From assembly GCA_964252035.1 (NCBI GenBank), contig OZ176215.1: 64,000 nt of DNA. One strand, written 5' to 3'. The notes beneath the pieces are model-generated. The model saw only the letters and a list, made by a program, of their open reading frames with translations. It had not been told where the DNA came from and did no database searches. Below, in pieces: positions 63,897 to 64,000 of this stretch; position 1 is the first letter of the stretch, and every line of letters starts with the position of its first letter. A program made the position numbers and the translations under genes. Origin of the DNA: Podarcis erhardii. Its lineage: Eukaryota.

Positions 63897-64000
63897 GGGG
63901 CAGAGCATCTGCTTTGCATGCAGAGGGTCCCAATTTCACCCCTTAGCTTCCTTTGGGGTTTTCTTTTAGAGACCCAGGTAGCAGATGGCAGGGAAGACCT
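63897..64000 (+). mobile_element. Squam3-like SINE head fragment
   Basis: AGAGCATCTGCTTTGCATGCAGAGGGTCCC matches the heads of the other copies. Confidence 0.65.

Larger units (their letters stand above)
1..64000 (+). other. NRXN2: NRXN2-alpha partial gene body (introns 6534-42967 = 36,434 bp and 42998-58132 = 15,135 bp)
   Basis: Three co-oriented, correctly ordered SS1 exons with GT-AG boundaries. No LNS1/EGF1 exon or GKEEFVATF exon was seen, so the gene extends beyond both ends. Confidence 0.9.

Overview
Repeat-rich squamate reptile DNA (Sauria/Squam SINEs suggest a lacertid lizard; the species is inferred). The whole window lies inside the 5' part of the neurexin-2 alpha gene (NRXN2) on the + strand. 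Only three tiny coding exons are present, all missed by the ORF track. They are the alternatively spliced site-1 (SS1) cassettes: 18 nt at 6516-6533 ((E)ELTLE), 30 nt at 42968-42997 ((G)PAHLTLNSQ) and 69 nt at 58133-58201 ((V)GSLLYSEGGAGRGASEVHQTSK). I matched them from memory to the mammalian NRXN2 linker EEHPME-GPAHLTLNSE-VGSLLFSEGGAGRGGAGDVHQPTK. I did not find the flanking constitutive exons (LNS1/EGF1 and GKEEFVATF...) in the window. The 36.4 kb and 15.1 kb introns contain two young 5'-truncated L1 copies in inverted orientation around the 30-nt exon, two solo LTRs, and many L2 and CR1 fragments. They also hold Sauria, Squam3-like and CORE SINEs, tRNA-Ile- and tRNA-Lys-headed SINEs with a CR1 tail, and hAT MITEs that are often nested. 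There is a 243-N assembly gap. The only long ORFs I could assign are L1/L2 remnants. I see no evidence for a wholly new gene system; the best leads concern SS1 splicing regulation and transposon biology. Repeat boundaries without a stated TSD are approximate, and family names come from recall rather than a database search.
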